Assembly (NCBI RefSeq): GCF_035084215.1
Contig: NC_090331.1
Span: forward strand, 39,060,001-39,124,000
Source of the DNA: Heptranchias perlo
Taxonomy: Eukaryota
Direction: 5' to 3'
Length of the DNA stretch: 64,000 nt
This document shows, one piece after another, positions 14,112-26,627 of this stretch. A model generated the notes under the pieces. It was given only the letters and a program-made list of their open reading frames with translations. It searched no databases and was not told the origin of the DNA. Each line of letters begins with the position of its first letter. The first letter of the stretch is position 1. The position numbers were made by a program, and so were the translations under genes.

Positions 14112-16589
14112 ATACCAATATTAAACAAGAAAAGACCTGCAGGCAATGTACTGAAGTTGAGCAGGGAGTCAATGGGAGCCACCAGAATCTTGATCCCACT
14201 GCAGTACATGTTGGTCTACATTGAGGCTGCACAGGGAGGAGGATATGAAGAGCTAGCTCCAGATTCAGGCCAGGAATAAGGAACATATATCCGGGTGAGC
14301 AGCAGAGAAGCACTTTGATGATCAGTGCAATATAAGTAACATTCATATTTTGAAATTCCTAACAGCACCAGCATGAGCATAAGCATTAAAAGATGAAAAG
14401 CATAACGGATGTCTCTGGCAGTTATTTCCTGTTGCATATTGGAAATGTGGTGGATTCAATCAAAGGGCCTGTCAACCACTGATGAGGGAAGACTCAGCTG
14501 AGGAACAAGAAGGGCCTTTAGGAGCTCTGGTGTGGAAAGTAGATTTATCAGGGCAGATATGACAGAGAAGGAGAACATTAGAGAAAGGAATGAACTATTT
14601 ACTGGAAGTGGGGAGCAAAGAAACACAATCCAAATAGTTGTGGGAGTCCAAGCATGTAATAAAAATCTATGGAAAGCCTATTGCTTAAGATGGAGAGAGG
14701 AAAAGCCAGAAAATAAAGGGAAGAGATGGACCACACAAAGGCAAAGAATGGATGAGAATTGTAAACATATTTGGATTGCTCTAATTTATATTATCAACAG
14801 AGCCAAGTTGTTATAAAATTTTATGATTATTTCAAGTAACTTGACTGCAGAATATTCCAATATTTCAGATATTGTCATCATTCTTAAAAATATAAGCTTG
14901 TGCACATACTCAAGATTGATTCAGGATGTTAACAATTTATTATTTTCTGTATATTTTAATTAAATTGAGTGATGGCTGGAAGAGTGAATGGAGACCCAAC
15001 ACAAACAACTCTCAGCCAAACATTTGTCTGAGAGAACTGAGAGACCAGCTGCAATCCCTGTGCTTTTCTTGAGATGTGTCAATCACAGGTTTAAAGGGCC
15101 AAATCAACTTCTGCATGAATCTCGCCTCCGTTTCACTGGCGAGATTGAGAAGCCATGGGAAATCCATGCAGGTAAGGTTAAATTTGTTTCAGGTTCAGAA
15201 TCCACAAAAAATTACCTACCTTAAGGATTTCAAGTAGGTAAATTAGCCCGTTAACAATCCGCCCGCCAGTATTAATAGGGGATGTGATTTCCAGCTTTCC
15301 GCTGCAAAACACACTTGGGTTAAACGTCCCGGAAGTGGGCGCATTGGATCCGGGTTGCGGTCCCGCTGATGAAATTTACAATTTTGACGAGCCACCCACC
15401 CTCAGCCCAGCCATTCTTGGGGGTTAAAATTACCCCCCAGGTCTCTAAGACTCCAGGGGAACCATCTCAGCTACCCATCGCTCAACTTCATCTCACTCAG
15501 GGACCATTTCATAGAAGTAATAGATTAGGAATTGAAGTAAGTTAGTTAGCTGGTACAAAGGGGAGTCACAGTGTTAAATAGTTGTAGAAAGGGAGAATGG
15601 ATTTTGTTCACGCTTCCTGGTGCATGTTGCTTAAAGACACCTTGATCAAATAGAGGTGTGAGTTATTTTTTGTGTTTGATTTCAGTTTTTGGGAGTTGAA
15701 TGATGACAGTGGAAATGTAGACTTCCATCTTATTAAGGATCTTAGCAGAACTATTGGACAGTGAGTGACTTTATGAGTGTGCGAGGGCATGCAGGTATAA
15801 AATAATTTTATTTGGTGAGTCAACTTTTATTGAAAGTTCTGGGCTATCATTAATGCTCTCCTTGTTTTGGCTCTCATATTCTACTTCCTCCTTCATGTGC
15901 ACTTCCTTCGTACTGCAAGGGAGCCTATGCAAGACCTTCTTGGCCTGTGGACAGTGATGATTGAATGTGTATGTGTAGGGAAGAGATACCTTTGGAGATG
16001 CCTGATTCTAAAAGCTGTCAACCTAGCTTTTCCAAGTCTTCATCTCCCTCCTCCTGACATTAAAATAAAGGTATTGCTATTGAGAACACAATCTCTAGAG
16101 TGTAAAACAGTACTTTGAGCAGAGCTGAGTAAAGGTAATAGCTAAAGTCCTGACTCAACTCGAATAAAAAGATCGATATGCAGGCATAAAAACAATAACC
16201 TTCAGTAGCAGCACACAAAGTGGCCTCTTCATTATGGTATCCACCTCAGGGATACTTTGCAGCAGCTCTTACCACCACTGATAAGAGTGGCAGTAATTAT
16301 TTGGTGTGATTTTAAAGTGGAAATGGATGGGAATGTGGCAGAAGGGTTAGCCACGTCCCCTTGACCCCCATATAAATGTGGCACAGTGGGCTTCTGGTGG
16401 GCCTTAAAGGGATCTGGTAGTTTTATGTGAGAAGAATGCAAGTGTCAGGTTTTTTTTTGTGGTGCATTTGAGGTGATAGCCTTTAAGAATGCATTTTACT
16501 TTGTTTACTATCCCAGATCCAAAATGAGCAGTAATTCAAAGGAAAATCCAGGCCATTTTGTCCTGGCACAAAGCTGACCCAAAACAGAA

Positions 16590-16760
16590 TAACAACATCA
16601 ATAACTTGATTTATGGATCACCTTTATTATAGAAAAGGATACCATGGTGCTTCACAGATACACAAGGAAAACAGATGGTGAGCCATAGAAGAGATTGGGA
16701 GGGGTGACCAAAAGCTTGGCAAAAAGTGGTGTGATTTAAGGAGGAGAAAGAGATGGAGGG
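16590..16760 (-). mobile_element. L2-clade 3' fragment
   Basis: Reverse complement of the L2 tail (ggtgcttcacag, ggtgaccaaaagcttgg). Confidence 0.55.
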
Positions 16761-17546
16761 GTAAAGAGGAGGGAGCCAAAGACAGATCTTTAGAGGACTC
16801 CAGTGATAATGATGTAGCCACGGGAAGAAAAACCATTGCAGTAATTCAGCTGTAACTGTATGCGGACTAGAAATTTACAGTTGAGATTAATGTCCGAGAT
16901 TGATATAAATTCATGAAATTAATTTTGGATTAAACTCCTTAGATAGCTGATAAGTTAACAGCATTAAATAGCCAGTCTGTTAAATAGATTAAAGTATATA
17001 TGCTCATAGTTAGCATATAGAACTTATACAACCTTGTCCTTATGAGTTGGCATGGATTGATTTGTTGCCTCACCTTCCTCTGGGAGGATGTTAGTGAGTG
17101 TTGTTAATCTTACTTGTGCACTCAGTATTGATTAAATAAAAATAGTCTGGGCCACTGAACTCAAAAGAGATAGTTTTATTCACCTACTTAAACATAGCAC
17201 TACCAACTAAAAGCAAAGATATAGGCAATCGCAATGCCTAAGAGTAAATATTACTACAATAATTAAGACAAAGATAGGTTTAAAACAATACAATCTTAAT
17301 AGCTGTGCTAGGAGAAGGTGATCAGTCTTCCTCCTGTCAGCACCAACGTCATGGTTGTCTTGAAAATTGTAATTCACTGGGGTCTTTGGCTGTTTTTATA
17401 TTGAGTTTGTACACCATCCCCCCCCACCTTTCATCTTATCTAGTGCGTTTGCATGACACCATAATTCTTTTATAGAGTTGCTGTTTTTAACTCTTTATCT
17501 TGGATATGCACTGGGCCTGGAAGTATGATCTCATTCCCCAGACAAT

Positions 17547-18783
17547 GGGTTTCATTTTAGCACCCGCTATCGGGTGCGTTCCTGGCGGGGGGGGGCTCCG
17601 AAAATCGGGGAATCCCGGAGCGGGTCGGGAGCCCGGCTCCAACCCACCCACTTCCGGGTTCCCCACAGACGCGCCGACGTGCGCGCAGCCCCCGCATGTG
17701 GGACTCCCGCAGGCAATTAAAGCCGGCGGGGTGCCACTTGACAATATTTAACAGACCTGATTAAGGGATTGTGTGAGGAGGGGTGGGATTTTACAGACAA
17801 CTGGGACTGTTTCTCATACTGGGGGAAACACTCTCAGTTGAAATGGACGTGTTGCAGCTGTCAGCCTGTGGCAGTTGCAAAGGTCCATTTAACAGGTGGG
17901 AGGGGGGGGGGGGGGGGGAGACCCTCACTCATTGCAGGAGGCCACTCTGTCACTTGGGACAAAGTTTGGCCTCCACCACCCTCCTCCTGACAAGAAAATT
18001 CACCAACTTGCACACTTACCCCGGGGTCCAGAGACATGTACCTACCTTGTGGACCCCCTCAGATGTACATCTTCCGGATGGGGGCCGCTGTAGCTGCAGT
18101 CATGACCTCCTCGGAGGGCGAACAGCATCACCAGCCTCACTGGCCAGGCCGTCCACCTCTGACACGTGGAGCTCCACAACAGAGTGCTGTGACACATCCA
18201 CCTGCACAGTGCAGAAGGAGATGTGGGGTGGGGGTGGTGATGTGGCAGACGGAGTGTAGGGGACTGAGTAAGTGTACTCACTTTGGCTGACCTACTTAGG
18301 TCATTGCAGGGCCTCCTGCACTATGCAGGTGGGTGATAGGTTGGTGGTGCAGGTGACCTCCTCTGCCACCTCAAGCCAGGCCTTCCTGGTGGCAGAGGCA
18401 CGCCGCTTCCTCCCGCCCACCGGGGGAAAGATCTCTGTCCTCCCCCTCCTCCTCACCCTATCTAATGATACCTGGAGTGAGGCATCATTAGACTGGGAGC
18501 AGCCTTCCCCCTGGGCTGCTCCATGCTGTAATTTTTGCTATTTCTTGCAGCATCTGTCAGTGGAGGACTGCCCCTTTAAATAGAGCTCCTCCAGCTGACA
18601 GAGCTTACTGTGCATGCGCAGTCCGCCCGACGCTCAGATCAGCAGTGGGGAACCCGGAAGACCAGGTAAGTGGATCCAATTAGGCTGCGATCACACGCGG
18701 GTCAGACTGATTTCACCGGGCGCGTTACCCATGTGCCCAATAGCCCCCCGCCACGAACCCGCAGCCCTGGTACTATTGGGCCC
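17547..18783. mobile_element. Internally deleted PIF/Harbinger-type DNA transposon
   Basis: GGG...CCC termini, subterminal inverted repeats (tggcggggggggct / agccccccgcca), 3-bp duplication AAT on both flanks, and a Myb/SANT-like ORF remnant on the minus strand. Confidence 0.7.
18282..18524 (-). pseudogene. Myb/SANT-like DNA-binding protein remnant of the Harbinger element
   Basis: MEQPRGKAAP(frameshift)NDASLQV...RRRGRTEIFPPVGGRKRRASATRKAWLEVAEEVTCTTN...NDLSRSAK|gtgagt. Confidence 0.7.
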
Positions 18784-19714
18784 AATGGATATTCACAACA
18801 TACACAAGGCTGTCTTTTAGCAGACCCTGAAACTTGAAACTGATAATATATCCCATGGAAGCTGTAAGTTTGCAGTTTTACAAACGCTGTTCTTGCAGCT
18901 TTAAGTAATAAACACACCCATGAGCCTATGTTTAGCCTAATTCCCTCAGTTTAGCCTAATTCCCAAAGCATGCTGGATAACGGTACTGGATTCCTCTCTC
19001 ACAATGTTGTTTGCCTTCTGAGATATTAGAGTGATGAATCTCCACCTGTAGAACTGCTATCCATTCCTTCTGGATCCTCTGCTTTGCACTGGTAGCAGTA
19101 TCTGGACTAGTTGGTTTAAATCTCACCTCTTGATCTCAGGGAAACTTGTATATCAAAGTGACACACATATCTGCCTGTATCTGGCTGATAGAGCTGTACA
19201 ATGTTAACTTCAAAAACCTTCTCTCCTTCAGACATGCACTTTCCAATTTTACAGAGAAGCCCTTCTGCATATACTACATAAAGTAGGAACTAAAAGCTAA
19301 GGACTGAAGACTGAAAACTGAGACTTGAGACTGATCTTTAGCGTCAAAATCGCTTTCTTATTTCTCCTTAATTTCCAGAGACACCTTCCCAATTCTATTG
19401 GTAAATCTGAGTGACACGTGTTAGAAGAGTTCAGCCCTTCTGGTGTCAATCACCTAATATAGCTCTGTTGGTGCCCTTGAATAAAGTACCAGTACCTTGT
19501 AGTCCGCAGGTCTACCGGATTCTATTGAAGCTGCTAATATGCTTGATGGCAATTGCTATTGGGAATTTAAGGGATGTTTTCCACGAGGTTAAGGAGTGTA
19601 GTTGACAGCAATCTTGAGAGGCGTTCTGGTTAAAAGATCCAATGTCAGAGTATGCATCTATTAATAACAAATGTCATGACTCAATGTGCATCTTTAAACA
19701 GAAATCTTGAATAA

Positions 19715-20344
19715 TGTCTGCCTCAGCTCATCGACTGCTGAAACTCTCATCCATGCCTTTGTTACCTCTAGACTCGACTATTCCAATATTCTCCTAGCCG
19801 ACCTCCGATCTTCCACCCTCCATAAACTTAAGCTCATCCAAAACTCTGCTGCTCGTATCCTAACTCACACCAAGTCCCGTTCACCTATCACCTCTGTACT
19901 CACTGACCTACACTGGCTCCCAGTCCGGAAAAGCCTTGATTATAAAATTCTCATCCTTGTTTTTCAAATCCCTCCATGGCCTCGCCCTTCCCTATCTCTG
20001 TAACCTCCTCCAGCCCTACAACCCTCTGAGATCTCTGCGTTCCTCCAATTCTTGCCTCTTGCGCATCCCTGATTTTCATTGCTCCATCATTGGCGGTTGT
20101 GCCTTCAACTGCCTAGGTCCTAAGCTCTGGAATTCTCTCCCTAAACCTCTCAGCCTCTCTACCTCGCTCTCCTTCTTTAAGACGTTCCTTAAAACCTACC
20201 TCTTTGACCAAGCTTTTGGTTACCTGTCCTAATATCTCCTTATGTGGCTTGATGTCAAATTTTGTTTGATAATCGCTCCTGTGAAGCACCATGGGACATT
20301 TTACTACGTTAAAGGCGCTACATAAATGCAAGTTGTTGTTGTTG
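19715..20344 (+). mobile_element. L2-clade LINE 3' fragment
   Basis: AETLIHAFVTSRLDYSN...LIQNSAARILT...LHWLPV...FKTFLKTYLF. Tail ataaatgcaa(gtt)n. Confidence 0.9.
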
Positions 20345-20717
20345 TAATCAATGATATGTTTGTATTAGTCATCATGATTAAATTAGCATTAGGCCTTTCC
20401 TTTCCTAGCATTCAATCATACTACTGACTCCACTCTGAGGACACATTTAAGGCAATTCTTAGGGCCTTTCTCCTACAAGCATTGTTAGCTGCCACACCAC
20501 AAGCCACCAATAGCTTTAGGAGCTTTAGGAGCTCTTCCTGGTGTCTTGATGCTGTAACAATACAGGCTGGGTTAACAATGAAATTATCTCAGTGACTGGA
20601 AGGTTCCTTTATTTCGAGCTTCGCCATGTGATAAACCCTCTGTCTCCTATTTACATCCTCTTGATGGGTATATCCAGGATGATGATTCAATAAGCAAGCC
20701 GCCATGACAGAGTCATT

Positions 20718-21541
20718 GGGGGGGAAATCTTAATCCCCCAGGACAGTCGGGAGAGGGGTTGGGGTGGCGGGTTAAAATTTTGATAATCGAAACCTGACCC
20801 CAACCCACCTCCAACGAGTTGGGAGGTGGGCGACTAACCCACTCTGCAGAGGTGGGTCCATGAATTAAATATTTTAATGAGGCTGCATGCCTCAGATTTG
20901 TACAGACTTTCAGGTTTAATTGCTGTGGGCCCGGTTTCCCAGGGCTCGGGAAAACCGGCAGCTGAAGGGAGGCAAGAACAGCCGGGCCCAGCAGGTAAGT
21001 GCTTCCAGTACTGCTTGTAGGCCAGGAGGAGCAGAAATGTTTCCCCCTGGCCCCTCAAGCTAATATGCTTCTCACCCTGCGATCAGACACTCACCCCCGC
21101 GATCGGACCCCCCCTCCCCGCCAATGTCCCTCACGGCACGCGATCTTCTCCGTCCTCCCCCTCCTGCAATGTTCCTCAATGTGATCACCGGCCCCTCCCC
21201 CAATGTTCCTCATGGCCGCAGCCCGAAATCACCACTCTCACCCGCCCGACATTTCCAACTCCACCCCCCGATGTCTCTGGCCCCACCCTGATGTCTCCAC
21301 CCACCCGATGTCACTGGCGCCCCTGATCAATCCACAGTCCCCCACCCATATCCCCCTCCGCAATCTCTTCCTCCCTCCCTCCTCTGTACTCCGCTCCACG
21401 GCTGCAGCCACAGGCTTTCCCGTCCGAAAACCAGCCAGCCGTTAAATTCCGCAGGACCTCCGGAAAACCCATGGTTCTGGGTTTCCCAGCCACTACACCT
21501 CCCCCCAGCTCCATCCCCAACTCCCCGTAAATATCGGAGCC
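20718..21541. mobile_element. MITE-like non-autonomous DNA element with C-rich interior
   Basis: GC-rich island with a GGG-rich start, a CC end and internal gatc/C-run repeats like the other MITE-family copies. Confidence 0.55.
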
Positions 21542-22731
21542 ATGGAAGCAGGTGCCAGAATGGACATTCTGGAGCTGCCAGACTGTTTGTTAGATCCTCC
21601 TTTTTGTAAACAGCTAGTACCTGTAAGGGTCACAAAGGTCATTCATTTTTGGAAGAAACACTCTTAGTCGTGATTCAGAAGAAGTGACCGAGCACTGATA
21701 GGAGGCCTTACAATGAATTAGAATGTTTAAAGACAGTAATTATTCACAATACTTAAAGCAATCCATTCCATGAACAACCTGATCATGGCAGCTTTCCTGC
21801 AACTTCTCCATCCCTCTCCCCAGTATGTCTGCCAAGGACTTGAGTAACTTACCTCTCGCATGTACTTAAGGGTCTGATGGTTGCCATGGCATTCCTTTGT
21901 CGATGATTAGAAAGGCTATTGATTGAATTTCATCCAGATATTTGCAGACATTCCAGAGTTATAATGCTTTCAGGTGCAGGCTATGCACCAATCTCCACAC
22001 TTTTCTCTCCAATAATATCACCCTAGTTCTCAGGAAGTGTGATAAGGAATAACGGATTGGTGTGAGGGGGGTACATGAAAAGGGTTGGTGAGGAATCTAA
22101 CATGTAGTACCTGTCTCATTTGTCTCATTTACGCTGTGTAGACACAGATGGTGTGAAAGTGAGTTATGCTTCCAGCATTATTTCAGGATCTGCACGGGGA
22201 CTCGTGCCTTCACTTATCTTAGCCACCACAGGGAGGTCATTAAAATGTTTATGGCACTGTAATTCACACACTCCTAAGATCACCCTTTCAGTGTTTCCAG
22301 ACCCCAGCTGTGGCACTAATACTCCCAGGCTTCAGGACCTCCTTCTCAGAGCTGCCTCCATGCTTCCAGACGCAGGAGCTTATCTTCCCAATGGTCTGAG
22401 ATCCCAAGAGCTGCCCCAGCACCCTGATAACCCCTCTCGGCAGTGCCCTGGAATCCCGTCTCCCCTTCTCAATGCTGACAGACTCTGGATCCACAACTCA
22501 CAGCTGCTGCTAATGCTGACAAATCAGGATTCCTGACAATGTTATTTGGCATAACACCCCTGTTCTTATAAATCCTCTGCCTGATTGTGAATAATGCAAC
22601 AAGACATCAGTTCAAATATTATATATAAAACAGTCTTAAGACTACCACATGTCTGGCATATTCCAGACATCACACAAAGGAAAGGGAAAGAACAATTAGG
22701 CCCTCCCAAATATGGAATTTTAACTGCAAAA

Positions 22732-22804
22732 ATGATGCAAATAAATGGGATTTATATCGTATTATGATACAAATAAATGGGATTTATAGTTTTATGATAC
22801 AAAT
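22732..22804. repeat. Short tandem repeat, ~31 bp unit x2.3
   Basis: atgat(g/a)caaataaatgggatttata occurs twice, followed by a partial third copy. Confidence 0.75.
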
Positions 22805-23048
22805 TATCTAAATTTTATGTGAAAATACACAGCACTAAAAATATAAGCAATTGTGAGTTATGACACAAGAAAGCTATACTTGGGAAAAGCATGATCACCT
22901 AATAGTCAGAAAAGCTTTGTACATGCAAGACTTTACAAATGAGTGCTTTATCTACTCAGATAAACCAAAAAATAAATTAAATTGTTTTCTCCAGTCTGAA
23001 ATGAACAATATGTGGAACAGATTTTCAAGATTGTCTATTGACAACTGT

Positions 23049-23249
23049 AAATAAAACAAATTTTTACAGTATTTATATTTTCTCTTAGAAAATTCAAACA
23101 CATATTTTGAGCATTTCAAGCAATTTGCAACATATCCTGTACAGTCCGATCTTACAGCACACAGTATCTATTTGAATCAGGAAACTCAAAAGAAAAAAAC
23201 TTCTTCGTTAGCTGCAAACTAGGAAGAATGAGGTATTTCTGAGCAATTT
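23049..23249. repeat. ~200 bp diverged direct copy of 23953-24153
   Basis: Both read aaataaaacaaatttttacagtatttatattt...gcatttcaagcaatttgcaacatatcctgtacagtc...gttagctgcaaactagga.gaatgaggt. Confidence 0.9.
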
Positions 23250-23309
23250 GACTTATTGACAACTCTGCAATATCGAGACAACAAAAAAATCCACACGAAG
23301 TCAGAGTCA

Positions 23310-25458
23310 TTACGTACAATAAAAAAAGATTTATTCTGATAGCTTGTTTCTGTAATGTAGTCTTACCATTACTTACGGTAATATTAGCATTATCCTGCAT
23401 GCAGTTCACTAATACACTACAAGTCAATAGGCTTAATAAAAGGAGTTTACATTTAACATCTCTTTGTGTAAGAAAACACAAAATAACCTGGGTGTGATTA
23501 AACAAGATCAACTTTGTTCTTGTGAAAAAAAACTGTGGACCCATTTTCCATTTCAATCAGTTCTAGTGCAGCATGAATCATTTCACAAGACAAAAATGTC
23601 TGTATAAATGGACACCATGAAGAATCAAGGATTTTTGTAGCAATAAGGATTTCCTTGATACCTTCAATGCAGGCAGTGCTTTAGATTTGGATAATATTCC
23701 TCTCATTTTTTCTGGATATCACTTTGCAGAAGGAAGTGAATTATGGTCCCAATTTTATACAAATTAAGTTTTGTTATACTAAAAATGTGTGCATTTATTA
23801 AAAAGTTAACTAAAATTGACTGTCCTTTTGTTTCTCTTTTTGGGAAGTTCATTGATGAAAAAGTGCTATGGATCAAAGTAAAAAAAAGTGTCTGTGGTAC
23901 TGACCTGAAGTAATTCTCATTAGCGTTTTATATGTACAAATGCTGAAAAGAAAAATAAAACAAATTTTTACAGTATTTATATTTTTTCTTAGAAAATTCA
24001 ACCATATATTGTGAGCATTTCAAGCAATTTGCAACATATCCTGTACAGTCTGGTCTTACAGCATACAGTATCCATTTGAATCTGGAAACTCAAAAGAAAA
24101 AAGCTTCTTAGTTAGCTGCAAACTAGGAGGAATGAGGTCTTATTGGGCAATTTCTTAGTTTACCACTGGCTTATGGCTTCCCATCTTTCAAACACTTCTG
24201 GACAGTGGAAGGAGCAGTGTACAGCAGAAAAGGCAATATAAACATGCATCAGTGACAGCATCCAAACTATGTATAATGATACAGAATACATCATATTACC
24301 TTGCAAAAGCTTGCAAACTAGACTTAATGTGGTGCATATTTGATGCAATGAATGCTGTGCCTGGGTTACATTTTTGCTCAAATATGCACCACAGTGTGAA
24401 GTAACTATTTACACAACAGAGGGATTTCTTTGTCATGTACAATGTCAATCTTGTTGAGAGCTGATGATGGCTAAACAATACTGCATGATAAAGCAGAGCA
24501 ATTTCTGTTAAAGTTTAATTTTGGTCAATTCAGTTTTGTTGAGCAGATCCCTTCTGTGTTTCTTTGTTTATATCCACCCATGGCAGTATAAAAGGAATAA
24601 ATAGTGATTGTGAGTCCAGAACTTGCACTAAAATTGCAGCTGCTGAGAGTTGTTTGTAAATGATCCACATAAAAATACCCATCAACTCTCAGTTTAGGGG
24701 TTATAAATAACTAACAGGCACATATTAGAACTGTTCAAATATAACACAACACATTTAGTAAAGCACCTTGGACATCAGGGCCACCCTGAAACACTAAATA
24801 GATAAAAATATTTTGTTTGATTTGTGAGTTAATGATTTCTCATGCACGATGAATGAGTGCAGCATGCTTCCATGCAGAACACTTTTGTACATGTTAAACA
24901 CATTTTTCTAAACTTGTGGGGTGAACCTCTTAGCTTAAAAGTAGTGCTTGAAACCCCTTCCCAAAAACATAAAGCCCCCCCTCCCATTTAGAAAAATAGT
25001 CACATATAATATATAACTCGTGAATTATAAAATAATGCGTGAATTGTTATGGGCCTGGTATAAACTGTGGAACGGTGGCAATTGGAATGCAAAATACAGG
25101 GTCAAAAGATACTAGTGCTGCACATTAATTGACACACAAACAAGTAAAATTTTCTGATCCCTTTGTCTGGTCCCTACAGTCTAAGTAGCCATTGTGACTC
25201 TCCTCTTCAGCAGTGTCAACTGGTAGTGGAAACAGTAATCTCCTGTCCAGGTTGCTGACTCCCCCCTGCTGTACAGAGTCACAGTCTCCTGACGAGGGTC
25301 ACTACCTTTTCTAGGCACTGACTTTATAATGTATTAATTGTCAGTTTGGCATAGATCTCCAAATGGAGTCTTGGTGATGCAGTTGGGTCACGCTTATAAG
25401 GCTGTAAACAATGTCATACAAGTGGATCTTTTTTTAAAATTTGTTTGCATTTTACATT
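23310..25458 (-). promoter_or_regulatory. 3'UTR of the sodium channel gene
   Basis: Repeat-free sequence after the stop codon. Carries TGTTTACA (25403-25410), TGCATG x4, TGTAHATA x2, and AATAAA at 23330-23335 followed by a GU/U-rich tract. Confidence 0.75.
23330..23335 (-). terminator. Putative polyadenylation signal AATAAA
   Basis: Plus-strand tttatt. The minus strand continues into U-rich and then GTGTGGATTTTTTTGTTGT sequence, resembling a downstream element. Confidence 0.55.
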
Positions 25459-26627
25459 TTATACTCCCTTACATCTGTCTTCTTTTTCTTTCTCCTCTCT
25501 GGCTTTCTCTGGTTTTGTTACACTGTCATAGGATGGTGGAGATGTGGTAGAAGGAGTCATATCAGTTTTGTCAGTGGTGGAGATTTCATTAAACTTATCT
25601 ATTACCATTTCTTCTTTGCCAGGTAAAAGCTCACTTGTTTTACCTTTTTCTTTGAACATGAAAGAGGCTTGTTTCAATGTTCGCCTAATCAGATAGCGCC
25701 TGAAAGCTCTTTGAATTATAGTTGCAGACACATGTTCCTGTTTACGTCGTAGAGTGGTTGTAATTGGCTCATATGATACCTTGGACGGATTGGATGCCAT
25801 AAAGCGTTCTTCCATCTGTTGTCGAAGAGCATCCATTTCTCCACCCTCACCCAGCACACGCTTTGTAAATGCGAATAAGATATCAAGACAATGAATTCTA
25901 TCTCCACTAACCATGGGCAAGTCCATAGCTATAAGTTGTACTTTGTTGGGTTTTGCCACACGAAGAGGTGGTTCCAAGGCATCTGCAAAATCATGCAATC
26001 TACCATACTCCATAAATTGAGTTGCATCTGAATCAAACTTTTCCCAAACTTCATAAAACATCTCAAAGTCATCCTCACTCAGTGGTTCAGCACTTTCCTC
26101 TGTAGCAACACTGAAATTCTCCAAAATAACAGCAATGTACATATTTATGACAATCAAGAAAGATATTATGATGTAACTGACAAAGAAGAAAATTGCAACC
26201 GGTGGGTTACCACAATCTCCTTTGATAAGACTGCCTGGGTTATCTTTTGTTGGGTCACAGTCTGGTGGCGCACTGTTTAGAATTGGAGCCAGTAAGCCAT
26301 CCCAGCCAGCAGATGTAGTGATCTGAAACAGACAGATCATGCTGTTTCCAAAAGTTTCAAAGTTGAACATATCATCAATACCAGATTCCTTCTTCACATA
26401 AGCAAAATTAGACATCGCAAATATGGCATAAATGAACATGACTAAGAAAAGCAACAGACCAATGTTGAACAAGGCAGGAAGAGACATCATCAATGCAAAC
26501 AGCAACGTACGAATTCCTTTAGCGCCCTTGATTAAACGTAGGATACGACCAATCCTGGCTAGTCGGATAACTCTAAATAATGTTGGTGACACAAAGTATT
26601 CTTCAATGATTTCATCTAAGAACATGC
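25459..26627 (-). CDS. scn2a: Voltage-gated sodium channel alpha subunit (SCN1A/2A/3A lineage, SCN2A-like), terminal coding exon: DIV S3-S6 and C-terminus
   Basis: Translation [44 protein letters not shown] (DIV S4), TTSAGWDG pore loop, [10 protein letters not shown] motif, PPSYDSV PY motif, TAA at 25459-25461. Acceptor ttttcttttag|GC at 26628/26627. The exact paralogue name is uncertain. Confidence 0.95.

Noticed and set aside
4900-17000. Second host gene among the short ORFs downstream of the channel
   Set aside because: No recognisable domains or consistent exon chain.
26295-26325. Tetrodotoxin-resistance substitutions in the DIV pore loop
   Set aside because: [10 protein letters not shown] is the canonical sequence. 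The other pore loops are outside the window.
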